A stretch of 64,000 nt of DNA from Halieaceae bacterium UBA5085 (GTDB taxonomy: Bacteria; Pseudomonadota; Gammaproteobacteria; Pseudomonadales; Halieaceae). The translations under genes and the position numbers were made by a program. Location: contig DIAF01000045.1 in the NCBI GenBank assembly GCA_002414665.1, forward strand, positions 31,521 through 95,520. The letters are read 5' to 3'. The notes under the pieces are model-generated. The model had not been told where the DNA came from and did not search any database. It was given only the letters and a program-made list of their open reading frames with translations. Shown here piece by piece: positions 46,451-56,542 of the stretch; position 1 is the stretch's first letter, and each line of letters starts with the position of its first letter.

Positions 46451-47872
46451 TCACGCCCTGCTGCGCTTGCGCCTGCGCTCCCGGTAGCTGCGGGGCTCCG
46501 GTGGGCTGCTCAGGCGGGGTCGGGCGAGTTCGTCTGCGTAGGCCTGCATCATTGGCGCCAGTTGATGCCGGAAGCGGTTTGCAAATCCGACCAGCGCGGG
46601 GCTGATCTCCCCGACGGAGTCCAGCGAACGGCTCGGGAATATGCGCCAGGTCTGGGGGGTGCCCCGGGGCTGCTGCTCCGGTCTGCCGGTATCGTCGAGC
46701 GCCAGCAGGGTTGTCAGCTCTCGGCGCACAACGTCGGGCTCACGCACCAGGGTTTCGTACTGTACCTGCAGCAGCGGATTGGGCAGGGCCGCCTGCCAGT
46801 GGTCGATGAGTTTCTCTGCCAACGCCACGGCGCGGCCGATAGTCGCGAGCTGGTAACTGTAGCGGTGGCCGCTACGGAAATTCTTGAAGAACAGGGCCAG
46901 ACCCAGATCCAGGGGGGCCCGCCTGCACAGGACAATGGGTACTTCCGGGTGCAGCAGGCCCAGCCAGCCCAGCCGGCTCAGGTTCGCGGGAGAGGTGTCG
47001 GTGAGGTATCGCCCCTCCGGGCCCTCAAGGGGAGGGCAGAGTTGCAGCAGCGGGGACCCGGCCTGAGCCACGAGTCTTGTGGCCTGGGCGTGCAGGTTGT
47101 CCTGTGCTGGTAACGACGCAGCCAGTTTGCGCACCAGTGCGAGCTCGCCGCCGGCGACGACCCCGGGATGTTGTGCGAGCAGTGTCTCGACGAGACTCTT
47201 GCCAGAGCGTGGCAGACCCGCTACCACGAGCAACGGACAGTGCGGAGCCGCTTGCTTGCGGGGATGACGGCTGAAAAACTGCCGATCCATACCGGCGGCG
47301 CTGGGAGAAACCTGATACTCACGCGTGCCTTTCAGGTCGGCCGCGGCAAACCGGTTTGCCTGTTCGTAGAAGGCGAAGCCTGGATTGTCGAGGCCGGATT
47401 CGGTGTAAATCTGTCCCAGCAGGAACAGGGCTCGCGCTCTGGCAGCGCGGCTGCGCTCAGTGTCCAGTGCCAGTTTCAGCAGGGTGGCGACTTCCGGGCT
47501 GTCCAGTGGAATGGCGCGGAAGTTGAGCAGCCCGCGGTACGCATCGGTCAATGTGGCGTCTGCAGACATCGCCTGCGCGAAACAGTCGCAGGCTTCCTCG
47601 CCACGGTTTTGCCGGCTCAGCAGGTGCCCGAGCTGGACCAGCAGGCGCGGTGCTCCATTGCAGATTTCCAGGCCGGTACGGTAGCAGGCCTCCGCCTCCG
47701 CCACTCGACCCAACCCCTGCAGGGACTGCCCATGCAGGTTCCAAAGCTCGGCCATATTGCTGTTCTGCTCGAGGAGCATAGCTGATTCGCGCAGGCTGCG
47801 GGCAAAGTCCTTGCTCTGCACCTGCTCGCGTATCACGCTCAGGGCAGTTTTGAAATCCGGCCGCTGGGGCAT
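46451..47872 (-). CDS. TPR-repeat protein fused to a sulfotransferase domain
   Basis: N-terminal TPR-like helices, then GLPRSGKS (a PAPS 5'-phosphosulfate loop). Start at ATG 47872 or 47926. The longer listed ORF overlaps the upstream gene. Confidence 0.65.
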   Translation of the reverse strand: MPQRPDFKTALSVIREQVQSKDFARSLRESAMLLEQNSNMAELWNLHGQSLQGLGRVAEAEACYRTGLEICNGAPRLLVQLGHLLSRQNRGEEACDCFAQAMSADATLTDAYRGLLNFRAIPLDSPEVATLLKLALDTERSRAARARALFLLGQIYTESGLDNPGFAFYEQANRFAAADLKGTREYQVSPSAAGMDRQFFSRHPRKQAAPHCPLLVVAGLPRSGKSLVETLLAQHPGVVAGGELALVRKLAASLPAQDNLHAQATRLVAQAGSPLLQLCPPLEGPEGRYLTDTSPANLSRLGWLGLLHPEVPIVLCRRAPLDLGLALFFKNFRSGHRYSYQLATIGRAVALAEKLIDHWQAALPNPLLQVQYETLVREPDVVRRELTTLLALDDTGRPEQQPRGTPQTWRIFPSRSLDSVGEISPALVGFANRFRHQLAPMMQAYADELARPRLSSPPEPRSYRERRRKRSRA

Positions 47873-47957
47873 GAGCCGATGTCCCGCTATAACGTCTTGA
47901 CGCACGCCGGCGTGGCGAGCGTCCATCGCCCGATGGTTGCGCAGGGCGTCCCTGTGG

Positions 47958-48413
47958 TCAACTGGTTTGCGCCGGCTGTCCGGCACCGAGTTCGGGTTGG
48001 CGGGCAAGGATGGCGTCGCGAAACCGGGCGGGGATGGCGATGGACTTGCGGGTCTGCTTGTCCGTGAACACCTGGGTGAGGCTGCCGCGGGCAAGGGGCC
48101 GACCGCTGTGCTTCTCCTGCAAGGTGAACGCCAGTTCGGCACTGCTGCGCCCCAGGCGGGTGTAACCTACTCGCACGGCTACAGTCTCATACGCCCGACA
48201 TTCGCCGAGATAGTCGCAGTTGATATTCACGGTGAAGATGAAGCAGGGTGCGGTTTGCGGGTTCATGGCGCCCAGTCCGAGTTCTTCCATGTAAAAGCCG
48301 GCGACCTCATCGGCGTAGACAAGGTAGTTTGCAAAGTACAGGTGTCCCTGGGCATCGGTATCGCTGAACCGCACAAGGATGTCGCTGCCGTAGGTAAGCG
48401 GGTTGCCGTTCAT
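47958..48413 (-). CDS. 4HBT/YbgC-type acyl-CoA thioesterase
   Basis: VRFSDTDAQGHLYFANY is the typical hotdog 4HBT N-terminus. Confidence 0.75.
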   Translation of the reverse strand: MNGNPLTYGSDILVRFSDTDAQGHLYFANYLVYADEVAGFYMEELGLGAMNPQTAPCFIFTVNINCDYLGECRAYETVAVRVGYTRLGRSSAELAFTLQEKHSGRPLARGSLTQVFTDKQTRKSIAIPARFRDAILARQPELGAGQPAQTS

Positions 48414-49099
48414 GGGCCAGTGACCTTGAGCAGGTGCTGCAGATAATGCAGTTCATCCAGGGATACATCCGCGTTTTCGCCCGCGCCGCCGGGCACATCG
48501 TCGGCCCCAAGTGTGCGCAGTGAGGGCGGCTGGCGCGAGCCCGCAAACTCGGGCGCTGTGTAACGGTAGGGGCGCTGCCAGGGATCGAGGGGTATTGCGT
48601 CTACATAGCCGCCTTCCCGGAAGCGGCCTGCACGGCGCAGGCTGCCGATAGGCCGAAGCAGGCTTTCCAGACCCGGGTCGGTTTGTGGATAGGTGGCCAC
48701 GTCGCTGTAGTAATCGTCCAGCGCAGCCTGCAGCCGACCCAGGTCTTCGGCGATTTTGCGTAGCGCGCTGCCGGGCGTGGGGTGCGTCTGTATGCCGGTC
48801 AGCGCGTACAGGGCGGCAGCAGGGTCTTCGCTGCAGAAGACAGTGATGTCCTGAGCCGTCGGCAAGACATCAGCCTGGCCAGCCCGGAAAATGAACGGTT
48901 TGAACCCCGGCGTGTCGCCATAGCGCTGGATAGAGCGATAGTCCCCACAGACAACAGCGCCAGGGTATTCTGTGAGCGCGCGAAATTCGATGGTCTCGAC
49001 GGCGGGCAGGGCCGCCGTCACGGCCTCCTGCGCGCGCTGTCCCTGACTGCCGCAGGCCGTCAATCCCGCGAAGCTGAAGATCAGCAGCAGTCGCTTCAT
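48410..49099 (-). CDS. Lipoprotein carrying a GspG-like (type II secretion pseudopilin) globular domain
   Basis: Lipobox LTAC. The C-terminal half, ...LQAALDDYYSDVATYPQTDPGLESLL...GGYVDAIPLDPWQRPYRY...LGADDVPGGAGENADV, parallels the GspG soluble domain. No prepilin leader or hydrophobic helix is present. Confidence 0.6.
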   Translation of the reverse strand: MKRLLLIFSFAGLTACGSQGQRAQEAVTAALPAVETIEFRALTEYPGAVVCGDYRSIQRYGDTPGFKPFIFRAGQADVLPTAQDITVFCSEDPAAALYALTGIQTHPTPGSALRKIAEDLGRLQAALDDYYSDVATYPQTDPGLESLLRPIGSLRRAGRFREGGYVDAIPLDPWQRPYRYTAPEFAGSRQPPSLRTLGADDVPGGAGENADVSLDELHYLQHLLKVTGP

Positions 49100-49560
49100 G
49101 CCGGAGCATCCCCGTCATCTTCAAGCTTGTGCAGGGCGACTGCGTTCATGCAATAGCGCAGCCCGCTGGGCGGCGGCCCGTCCGGGAATACGTGCCCGAG
49201 GTGTGCTCCACAGGTGTTGCAGGTCGTCTCAATGCGTGAACGCCCGAAGCTGTGGTCGTTGTGGTAGGCGATGACGTTGGACTTTACCGGCTGGGTAAAG
49301 GAAGGCCAGCCGCTCCCGGATTCAAATTTCTGCTCACCATCGAACAGCAGCGTGCCGCAGCACACGCAGGCGTAATTGCCGGGCTCGAAGCGCGAGCACA
49401 TTTCATTGCTGAAAGCGCGTTCAGTGCCAGCCTGGCGCGTCACATGATACTGTTCAGGAGTCAGCAGCGCGGCCCATTCCGCGTCGCTGCGCTGCAGCGT
49501 CCTGTCAGGCTCCGGATTGCCCTCGTTGGCGAGACGGCAGATTTCGTTCCAGGTGATCAT
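49096..49560 (-). CDS. msrB: Peptide-methionine (R)-S-oxide reductase MsrB
   Basis: CVCCG...GWPSF...CNTCGAHLGHVF. Start at ATG 49560. Confidence 0.9.
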   Translation of the reverse strand: MITWNEICRLANEGNPEPDRTLQRSDAEWAALLTPEQYHVTRQAGTERAFSNEMCSRFEPGNYACVCCGTLLFDGEQKFESGSGWPSFTQPVKSNVIAYHNDHSFGRSRIETTCNTCGAHLGHVFPDGPPPSGLRYCMNAVALHKLEDDGDAPA

Positions 49561-49770
49561 GACGGCATCCTCTCTGTGATCGGTGGGGCCACCCACTTCG
49601 GCGAGCCCGCTTGGCGCACAGTAGGGGCAAGCCGGGGCAAGATCAAGAGGGAGGTAGTGCTGCGCGCGTATGTAAAAACTGCGCTTTCCGTGCAGGTGCT
49701 TTGCTGCACGGCGCTACAGTATACTGTCGCGAAAGGTTGCCTCCGACGGCGGCCGCGATAAGGGGATTTC

Positions 49771-50427
49771 ATGGTTTTGCGATTCACAGTCACAGCGCTG
49801 GCGGTGTGTGGGCTTCTGGCGGGTTGCCAGACGCTCCCCGAACAGGCTCATCAAGCACCCATCTGTCCAGAAGCTCCCCTGGTCATGTGCCCGACCTGTC
49901 CACTGCAGGAGTGCCCCGAGCCTCGGGTGCTGGAGAAAATTGTGTTGCGTCCCGCAGCTCCGGTGCCGGTGCCCGCGCGTCCGTCGACGGCGGGAGAGCT
50001 TGAGCTGCCGATTATCGGAGTGCTGGAGTTCGTTCATGTGGAACCTTCGGGCCTGACCCTGGAGGCGGTGATCGATACGGCAAGTGAGCACACCATTATG
50101 GCAGCGCGCGATGTGCGGTTGCTGGAGAAGGATGGCAAGCGTTACGTGAGCTACGTGCTGGTCGATCCCGCCAGCGATGAGCAGCACGCACTGGAAGCGC
50201 CCTTGCTGCGGCGCACCTCGGCGGTGGATGCCTACGGCAACAGCAGCCGCAATTACGTCGTCAGCATGTGGCTTACCCTGGGTGACAACCGGGCTCGGGT
50301 TGAAGTCAATCTGTCCGAGAATACCGATATGCCCTACCCGGTTGTGGTGGGGCGTAACCTGCTGACTGACCTGGCGATTGTCGATGTCAGCCGGCGCCAC
50401 ACCCTGGAGCACCCGGCGGCCCCATGA
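49771..50427 (+). CDS. PF05618-type 'ATP-dependent zinc protease'/retropepsin-like protein (RimB-like)
   Basis: Signal or lipoprotein-like N-terminus. LEAVIDTASEHTIM and YPVVVGRNLL segments are typical of this family (from memory). Confidence 0.65.
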   Translation: MVLRFTVTALAVCGLLAGCQTLPEQAHQAPICPEAPLVMCPTCPLQECPEPRVLEKIVLRPAAPVPVPARPSTAGELELPIIGVLEFVHVEPSGLTLEAVIDTASEHTIMAARDVRLLEKDGKRYVSYVLVDPASDEQHALEAPLLRRTSAVDAYGNSSRNYVVSMWLTLGDNRARVEVNLSENTDMPYPVVVGRNLLTDLAIVDVSRRHTLEHPAAP

Positions 50428-51947
50428 TTGCATCCCGCGCAAAGGTCGGCATCGTCGCCGGCGCACTGATTGTTTTCGGTATCGCTGTGGCAGCGTATAA
50501 AGTGGTGGGGCTTGACCTGCCGCTGTGGCCGGGGGAGTCCCGTGAGGTCTGGACCATCGAGACCAAGGTCAGCTTCAAGCCGGCAAGCGGTCCGGTTGAG
50601 GTGGACCTCGCGCTGCCCTCCGGGCTCGGCGGCTGGGTAACGCTGGAAGAGCATTTCGCCTCCTCCGGTTTCGGCTTCTCCGTGTTCGAGGAGGCGGATG
50701 GACGAGTGGCCCGCTGGTCGCGGCAACTGCTGGAACACCCGACGACGTTGTACTTCAAACAGCAGGTATACCGCGCGCGGCGTGCCGAGTTGCCCGATAT
50801 GCCCGTTGAAACACCTGATCCACCACTCCTGGAAGCCGACCAGCAGGCGGCGATGGAGCGTTTCGTGGCCGACTTGCGTGATCGCTCCAGCAGCCCGGCC
50901 ACGTTCACCGCCCTGATGATCCAGGAGCTGCGCCGGGCCGAGCCCAGCCAGGACGCTGAGTTCCTGCTGGGGACCTACAGCGATGCGCCGCTGCGCGTCA
51001 TGCTGGATGTGCTGGCCTACGTCGATATTCCCGCCTATCCGGTGCGCGGTATTGCTCTGCAGGACGGTCGCCGGCGGCAGACATTGAGCACCCTGCTGCA
51101 GGTCTACGATGGCAGTGACTGGGAAGTTTTTGACCCGGACAGCGGGCAAGCCGGCCTGCCCGACGATTTTTTCGTCTGGCGCCAGGGTAACGGCGCGGCG
51201 CTCCGTGTATTGGGTGGCCGCGACTCCAGGCTTGAGTTCGCGCTGGTGCGCAATAGCCTGTCGGCCAAGACCGTAGTCAGTATGGAAGAGCGCAGTGATG
51301 AATTCGCCCTGCTGGACTTTTCCATCTACGCCTTGCCCGTTGAGCAGCAGGGGATATTCAAGGGAATTCTGCTGTTGCCGGTTGCCGCGTTTGTCGTGGT
51401 CATGATGCGGGTACTGGTGGGCATAAAAACCTCAGGCACTTTCATGCCGGTACTGATTGCGCTTGCCTTCCTGCAAACCACGCTGTGGGTGGGGTTGGCG
51501 ATATTCCTCGTGCTGGTCAGTGTCGGGCTGTGGATACGGTCCTGGCTCAGCCATCTCAACCTCCTGCTCGTGGCCCGCGTGTCTGCGGTGGTGATCGTGG
51601 TGGTGCTGCTGATGGCCGCGCTGTCCCTGATCAGTTACAAACTCGGCGTTGACCAGGCACTTACGGTCACCTTCTTTCCCACCATCATTCTGTCCTGGAC
51701 CATCGAACGTATGTCCATACTGTGGGAGGAAGAGGGTGGACGTGAGGTCATGATGCAGGGCGGTGGCAGTCTCCTGGTTGCCGTGCTCGCGTATCTCACC
51801 ATGTCCGTGCCGGTGGTGGAGCACCTGACTTTCAATTTCCCCGAGCTGCTGATCAGTCTCCTCGGCGTGATCCTGCTGATCGGCAAGTACACTGGCTACC
51901 GGCTGTCAGAGCTGTACCGGTTCCGTGACATGGCGAAGATGCAATGA
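50424..51947 (+). CDS. Inactive-transglutaminase domain fused to a 7-TM module (UUP1-type membrane protein)
   Basis: N-terminal TM helix, a ~300-aa extracytoplasmic domain, then a C-terminal block of about seven hydrophobic helices. ATGA coupling on both sides. Confidence 0.65.
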   Translation: MIASRAKVGIVAGALIVFGIAVAAYKVVGLDLPLWPGESREVWTIETKVSFKPASGPVEVDLALPSGLGGWVTLEEHFASSGFGFSVFEEADGRVARWSRQLLEHPTTLYFKQQVYRARRAELPDMPVETPDPPLLEADQQAAMERFVADLRDRSSSPATFTALMIQELRRAEPSQDAEFLLGTYSDAPLRVMLDVLAYVDIPAYPVRGIALQDGRRRQTLSTLLQVYDGSDWEVFDPDSGQAGLPDDFFVWRQGNGAALRVLGGRDSRLEFALVRNSLSAKTVVSMEERSDEFALLDFSIYALPVEQQGIFKGILLLPVAAFVVVMMRVLVGIKTSGTFMPVLIALAFLQTTLWVGLAIFLVLVSVGLWIRSWLSHLNLLLVARVSAVVIVVVLLMAALSLISYKLGVDQALTVTFFPTIILSWTIERMSILWEEEGGREVMMQGGGSLLVAVLAYLTMSVPVVEHLTFNFPELLISLLGVILLIGKYTGYRLSELYRFRDMAKMQ

Positions 51948-52915
51948 TTCGGCTGGTGAAGCCCTCTGTCCTGCGTGAGCGGGGCATTCTTGGCATGAAC
52001 AAGCGCAATCTGACGTTCATCGGCGCCAATAATCCCCGGCGCAATTACCAGATTGTCGACAACAAGCTGCTGACCAAAAAGGCCGCCCTGGAGCGCAATA
52101 TTGTCGTGCCTGAACTCTACGGCGTGATCGAGCACCAGTTCCAGATCAACCGCATGCTGGATATGCTGGAGGGCCGTGACGCCTTTGTGATCAAACCGGT
52201 GCAGGGCAGTGGTGGCAAGGGTATCCTGGTGATCACGTCGCGCGAGGGCGAGCATTTTGTCAAATCCAGCGGCGGTGTCCTGGATGGACGCGATCTGCGC
52301 CGCCATACCTCCAACATTCTCGCCGGGCTGCACAGCCTGGGTGGGCGCAACGATGCCGCGATGATCGAGGCGCTGATCGATTTCAACCCGCTGCTTGCGG
52401 AGTACAGCTATGAAGGTGTGCCGGATATTCGTGTGATCGTGTTCCGGGGGGTGCCGGTGATGGCGATGATGCGCTGCGCCACCCACGCCTCGGACGGCAA
52501 GGCGAACCTGCACCAGGGCGCTGTGGGGGTGGGTCTTGATATCGGTGAGGGCTTCAGTGTGGCGGCCGTGCAGCGCGGCAGTCTGGTAACTCACCATCCG
52601 GATACAGGCGCCTGTTTCAAATCGCTGCGGCTCCCCGACTGGGATGACATTCTGGACCTCGCCGCCAGCTGTGCTGAAATGACGGGGCTGGGCTATCTGG
52701 GTGCAGATATCGTGCTGGACCGCCAGCGTGGGCCCATGCTGCTGGAGCTGAATGCGCGGCCGGGCCTGGCGATTCAGGTGGCCAATCAGGAGGGTCTGAT
52801 TCACCGCCTGGGCGTCGCCGCAGAAATTGCGCGTACCGCCGTGGATCACGATGACCGAATCCGGCAGGCCAAGCTGCGTTTTCATCGCCCGCAGGCGGTG
52901 TTGCAGGCGTCCTGA
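51944..52915 (+). CDS. Alpha-L-glutamate ligase-like ATP-grasp protein (RimK-related)
   Basis: ATP-grasp pattern (FVIKPVQGSGGKGI...LGADIVLD...LELNARPG), 323 aa. Confidence 0.8.
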   Translation: MIRLVKPSVLRERGILGMNKRNLTFIGANNPRRNYQIVDNKLLTKKAALERNIVVPELYGVIEHQFQINRMLDMLEGRDAFVIKPVQGSGGKGILVITSREGEHFVKSSGGVLDGRDLRRHTSNILAGLHSLGGRNDAAMIEALIDFNPLLAEYSYEGVPDIRVIVFRGVPVMAMMRCATHASDGKANLHQGAVGVGLDIGEGFSVAAVQRGSLVTHHPDTGACFKSLRLPDWDDILDLAASCAEMTGLGYLGADIVLDRQRGPMLLELNARPGLAIQVANQEGLIHRLGVAAEIARTAVDHDDRIRQAKLRFHRPQAVLQAS

Positions 52916-52940
52916 GCAGTGAAAACCGGAGCCGCTGCTG

Positions 52941-54281
52941 ATGACCTTTGACACGTTGGGGCTGTCGCCCAGCCTGCTCCGCGCCATTGCCGAACAGGGT
53001 TATGAAACCCCATCCCCCATCCAGGCCAGGGCGATACCGCTGATTCTTGCGGGCAAGGACGTCATGGCCGCCGCTCAAACAGGGACCGGCAAGACCGCCG
53101 CATTCACGCTGCCGCTACTGCAGCGCCTTGCGGGCGGTCCGCGGGTACAGCCACACCGTTGCCGTGCGCTGGTGCTCACGCCCACCCGAGAGCTTGCCGC
53201 GCAAGTGCAGGAGAGCGTTCGCGATTACGGGCGACATGACGGCGTTCGCTCTGCGGTTGTATTTGGCGGTGTGAACATCAACCCACAGATTGCGCAGCTG
53301 CGGCGCGGCGTCGATGTGCTGGTCGCCACGCCCGGCCGGCTGCTCGACCTGCACGGGCAGGGTTTTGTGGATTTTCGCGATTTGGAGGTGCTGGTCCTGG
53401 ATGAGGCCGATCGCATGCTGGACATGGGCTTCATTCACGATATCCGCCGCATCGTCACGCTGCTGCCAACCCGTCGCCAGACACTGATGTTTTCGGCGAC
53501 GTTCTCCGGGCCGATCACGCAATTGGCGCAGGGCTACATGCAGCAGCCGGTGCGTGTAGAAGTCAGTCCGCCCAATGCCACCGCCGAGACGGTGCAACAG
53601 TGGGTTTACCCGGTAGACAAGAAGCGCAAACCGGAACTGCTGTGCCATCTGGTGGCCGCGCACGGCTGGGACCAGGTACTGGTTTTCACCCGCACCAAGC
53701 ACGGGGCCAACAAACTCAGCCAGCAGCTGGAGCAGAACGGTATCCGGTCAGTCGCCATTCACGGTAATAAAAGCCAGAACGCACGCACCCGCGCCCTGGC
53801 TGATTTCAAGCAGGGTCGTATACAGGCTCTGGTCGCCACCGACATCGCGGCGCGCGGGCTGGATATCGAGCAGCTGCCCCAGGTGGTGAATTTTGATCTG
53901 CCGAATGTCGCGGAAGACTACATCCACCGTATCGGTCGCACGGGACGCGCGGGTGCCGCCGGCCAGGCCTATTCACTGGTCAGCGCCGACGAGGCCGATT
54001 ACCTGTGCGACATCGAACGTCTGATTTGCAAAACCCTGCCGCGGGAGGAAATTGAAGGCTTCGAACCTCAACATGCGGTGCCCCGGGGGCGCCCGACAAA
54101 GGCGCGCTCCGCCGCACCGGCCCGTGGACGGCAAAAACCACGCGGCGGGCCGGCAGCTGCCCGCGACGGCGCGCCCACGCAGGCACGTCGCCGACGCCGC
54201 GCAGGCACCGGGGGCAGCAGTGCGCAGACCCGCGGCAAGGGCAATACCCGTACAACATCGCGCGGCGGTCGTGGCCGTTGA
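52941..54281 (+). CDS. rhlE: DEAD-box ATP-dependent RNA helicase
   Basis: [15 protein letters not shown] and [10 protein letters not shown] motifs. Arg-rich C-terminal tail. Confidence 0.9.
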   Translation: MTFDTLGLSPSLLRAIAEQGYETPSPIQARAIPLILAGKDVMAAAQTGTGKTAAFTLPLLQRLAGGPRVQPHRCRALVLTPTRELAAQVQESVRDYGRHDGVRSAVVFGGVNINPQIAQLRRGVDVLVATPGRLLDLHGQGFVDFRDLEVLVLDEADRMLDMGFIHDIRRIVTLLPTRRQTLMFSATFSGPITQLAQGYMQQPVRVEVSPPNATAETVQQWVYPVDKKRKPELLCHLVAAHGWDQVLVFTRTKHGANKLSQQLEQNGIRSVAIHGNKSQNARTRALADFKQGRIQALVATDIAARGLDIEQLPQVVNFDLPNVAEDYIHRIGRTGRAGAAGQAYSLVSADEADYLCDIERLICKTLPREEIEGFEPQHAVPRGRPTKARSAAPARGRQKPRGGPAAARDGAPTQARRRRRAGTGGSSAQTRGKGNTRTTSRGGRGR

Positions 54282-54375
54282 CGCGGGTTCTGACGCGCTT
54301 GCGCCGGTAACACGATTGCTGTAATCCTGTGCACTTTGTCGGCCGCGAGCTGCGGCGTTGCTTACGGAGCACACC

Positions 54376-56103
54376 ATGACCGATCATCCTCATTTGCGTC
54401 GCCGTACTCTGGTGAAGGGTATCGCGGCTGCGTCTCTGTTGCCGCTGCTGGGCGGTAATCTTGCCGGCTGTTCGGACAGCAGCGATGCACTGCCGTTGCC
54501 CGAGGGCGTCGCCGCGGATTTCAATCACGGTGTTGCCTCCGGCGACCCCCTGACGGATCGCGTGATTATCTGGACTCGCGTTACACCGCGTCAGCCCGGA
54601 TTTGTGACCGTCGACTGGGAAGTTGCGAGCGACGAGGGCTTTGCCAACCTAGTCGCCAGCGGCCGGGGAAATACCGACGAGACCGTGGATTTTACGCTCA
54701 AGGCAGACGTTACCGGGCTGGCGGCGGGTACCACCTATTTCTATCGCTTTCGGGTGCGTGAGGTGCTTTCCAGTGTCGGTCGTACCCGCACGGCGCCTGC
54801 GGGCGCCACTGCAACGGCGGCGTTTGCGGTGGTGTCCTGTTCCAACTACCCCGCGGGCTACTTCAATGTTTACCGCGAGGTCGCTGCGCAGCCGGTCGAT
54901 GCGGTACTGCACCTCGGTGACTATATCTATGAGTATGCGCCGGGCGGTTACGCGAGTGCCAATGCCGAAGCCCTGGGGCGTGTGGTAGAGCCCGCCGGCG
55001 AGTTGTTTAGCCTCGTGGATTACCGGACCCGCTACGCGCAGTACCGCACTGACCCCGACCTGCAGGCGGCACACAGTGCTCACCCCTTCATTGTCGTCTG
55101 GGATGATCACGAGATTGCCAATGATGCCTGGCGGGAAGGCGCAGAGAATCATGACCCGGCGACCGAGGGCGAGTATTCGGAAAGACGCGCTGCAGCGATA
55201 CAGGCCTGGTACGAGTGGCTACCGGTACGCCCGCCTGCAAGTGAGCAGGAAATCATCTATCGGCGATTGCCCTATGGCGATCTGCTGGACCTGATCATGC
55301 TGGACACGCGTGTGATTGGCCGTGACCGGCAGTACGTCTATCCGGATTTTGTCAGTGGCGGTCGCATTGACATCGAGGCAACGCGGGCTGCAAGCAATGC
55401 GTCTGATCGCACGCTTCTCGGTGCCGAGCAGCTCGCCTGGCTGGAGACGCAGCTGATCGAATCCACAGCACGCTGGCAGGTGCTTGGCCAGCAGGTACTT
55501 ATGGCGCGCTATCTGTTACCGGCCCCCATTCTCGAAGCGCTGGAGCCGAGCATCAGCGGTGGCGATGCGCTGGCAGCCGGCACCGCCGCGGTGCTCGCCG
55601 CGGTAAACGCGAAGAACAAGGCACCTGAGGAGCGCACGTCGGAAGAACAGGCGCTGCTGGACTCCGCGGTTCCCTACAATCTTGACGCCTGGGATGGATA
55701 TGCCTTCGAGCGTGACCGCGTGCTGGAAGTGGCGCGCCAGATGAACAGCCGGCTGGTCGCCCTGGCGGGAGATACCCACAACGCCTGGGCGTCACAGCTT
55801 TTTGCCAGCACGGGCGAGGTGGTGGGCGTGGAACTGGCGACCGCAAGTGTCAGCTCGCCTGGGCTGGAGGAAGTGCTTGGTCGCGATGCGGCCGGGCTGT
55901 TTTCGCCCCTCATAGCAACGCTGGTGGATGACCTCGTGTACGCCAACCTGATCGACCGTGGCTATCTTGTCACCCGTTTCACGCCGGAGGCACTCACCGC
56001 CGAGTGGCGCTATGTTTCCACTATAGACTCGCGTGAGTACAGCGAGAAGACGGCCGCCTTCCGGCAACAGGTGGTGCAGCGCAGCGACCTTCTGCTGGGC
56101 TGA
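54376..56103 (+). CDS. phoD: PhoD-family alkaline phosphatase with a Tat signal
   Basis: Twin-arginine motif RRRTLVKG. GDYIYEY and VWDDHEIAND metallophosphatase motifs. Confidence 0.85.
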   Translation: MTDHPHLRRRTLVKGIAAASLLPLLGGNLAGCSDSSDALPLPEGVAADFNHGVASGDPLTDRVIIWTRVTPRQPGFVTVDWEVASDEGFANLVASGRGNTDETVDFTLKADVTGLAAGTTYFYRFRVREVLSSVGRTRTAPAGATATAAFAVVSCSNYPAGYFNVYREVAAQPVDAVLHLGDYIYEYAPGGYASANAEALGRVVEPAGELFSLVDYRTRYAQYRTDPDLQAAHSAHPFIVVWDDHEIANDAWREGAENHDPATEGEYSERRAAAIQAWYEWLPVRPPASEQEIIYRRLPYGDLLDLIMLDTRVIGRDRQYVYPDFVSGGRIDIEATRAASNASDRTLLGAEQLAWLETQLIESTARWQVLGQQVLMARYLLPAPILEALEPSISGGDALAAGTAAVLAAVNAKNKAPEERTSEEQALLDSAVPYNLDAWDGYAFERDRVLEVARQMNSRLVALAGDTHNAWASQLFASTGEVVGVELATASVSSPGLEEVLGRDAAGLFSPLIATLVDDLVYANLIDRGYLVTRFTPEALTAEWRYVSTIDSREYSEKTAAFRQQVVQRSDLLLG

Positions 56104-56176
56104 GGTCGACGGTCGGGCAGTCCGTTCGCCGTTTGCGGGCGTATAATGCCCCATAACGAGCCTTGCGAGATCGACT

Positions 56177-56542
56177 ATGATACCTGTTGCCCGCTGTCTG
56201 TTGCCTCTCCTGTTGTTGGTCGTCGCCGGCTGTGCCCAGTATGAAAACCGCCGAGGGGTCGAGGTTGGCTGGACCGACGCCTATATGCAGACGCTCCAGC
56301 CGGGGGTGACCACGCGGGCAGAGGTGATGTCAGCGCTGGGGCCACCCTCCCAGGTCATTGCGCTTGAAGGCGAGTCGATTCTCTATTACCTGTTCGAGCG
56401 CTCCGACGGTGAGGGCATCGTGCTGGTGCTGTATAACCGCATGCAGATCGATACGCAGTATGATCGTGCGATATTTTTCTTCGACGAAAACGGCCTCCTG
56501 ACAGATGCCGCAAGCCGCATTGCGGCGGCAGACAATGGCTGA
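56177..56542 (+). CDS. Small lipoprotein with a BamE/SmpA-like segment
   Basis: Lipobox VAGC. GVTTRAEVMSALGPPSQV resembles the BamE core. Confidence 0.5.
   Translation: MIPVARCLLPLLLLVVAGCAQYENRRGVEVGWTDAYMQTLQPGVTTRAEVMSALGPPSQVIALEGESILYYLFERSDGEGIVLVLYNRMQIDTQYDRAIFFFDENGLLTDAASRIAAADNG

Noticed and set aside
46451-48142. The full 563-aa version of the TPR-sulfotransferase ORF.
   Set aside because: The first ~70-90 codons are Pro/Arg/Ser-rich and overlap the 3' end of the thioesterase gene (47958-48413). Internal ATGs at 47926 or 47872 give a sensible protein.
54319-54340. CTGTAATCCTGTGCACTTTGTC upstream of phoD, considered as a possible Pho box.
   Set aside because: The CTGT repeats are spaced about 8-9 nt apart rather than the 11-nt periodicity of PhoB boxes, and the half-sites deviate from CTGTCAT.
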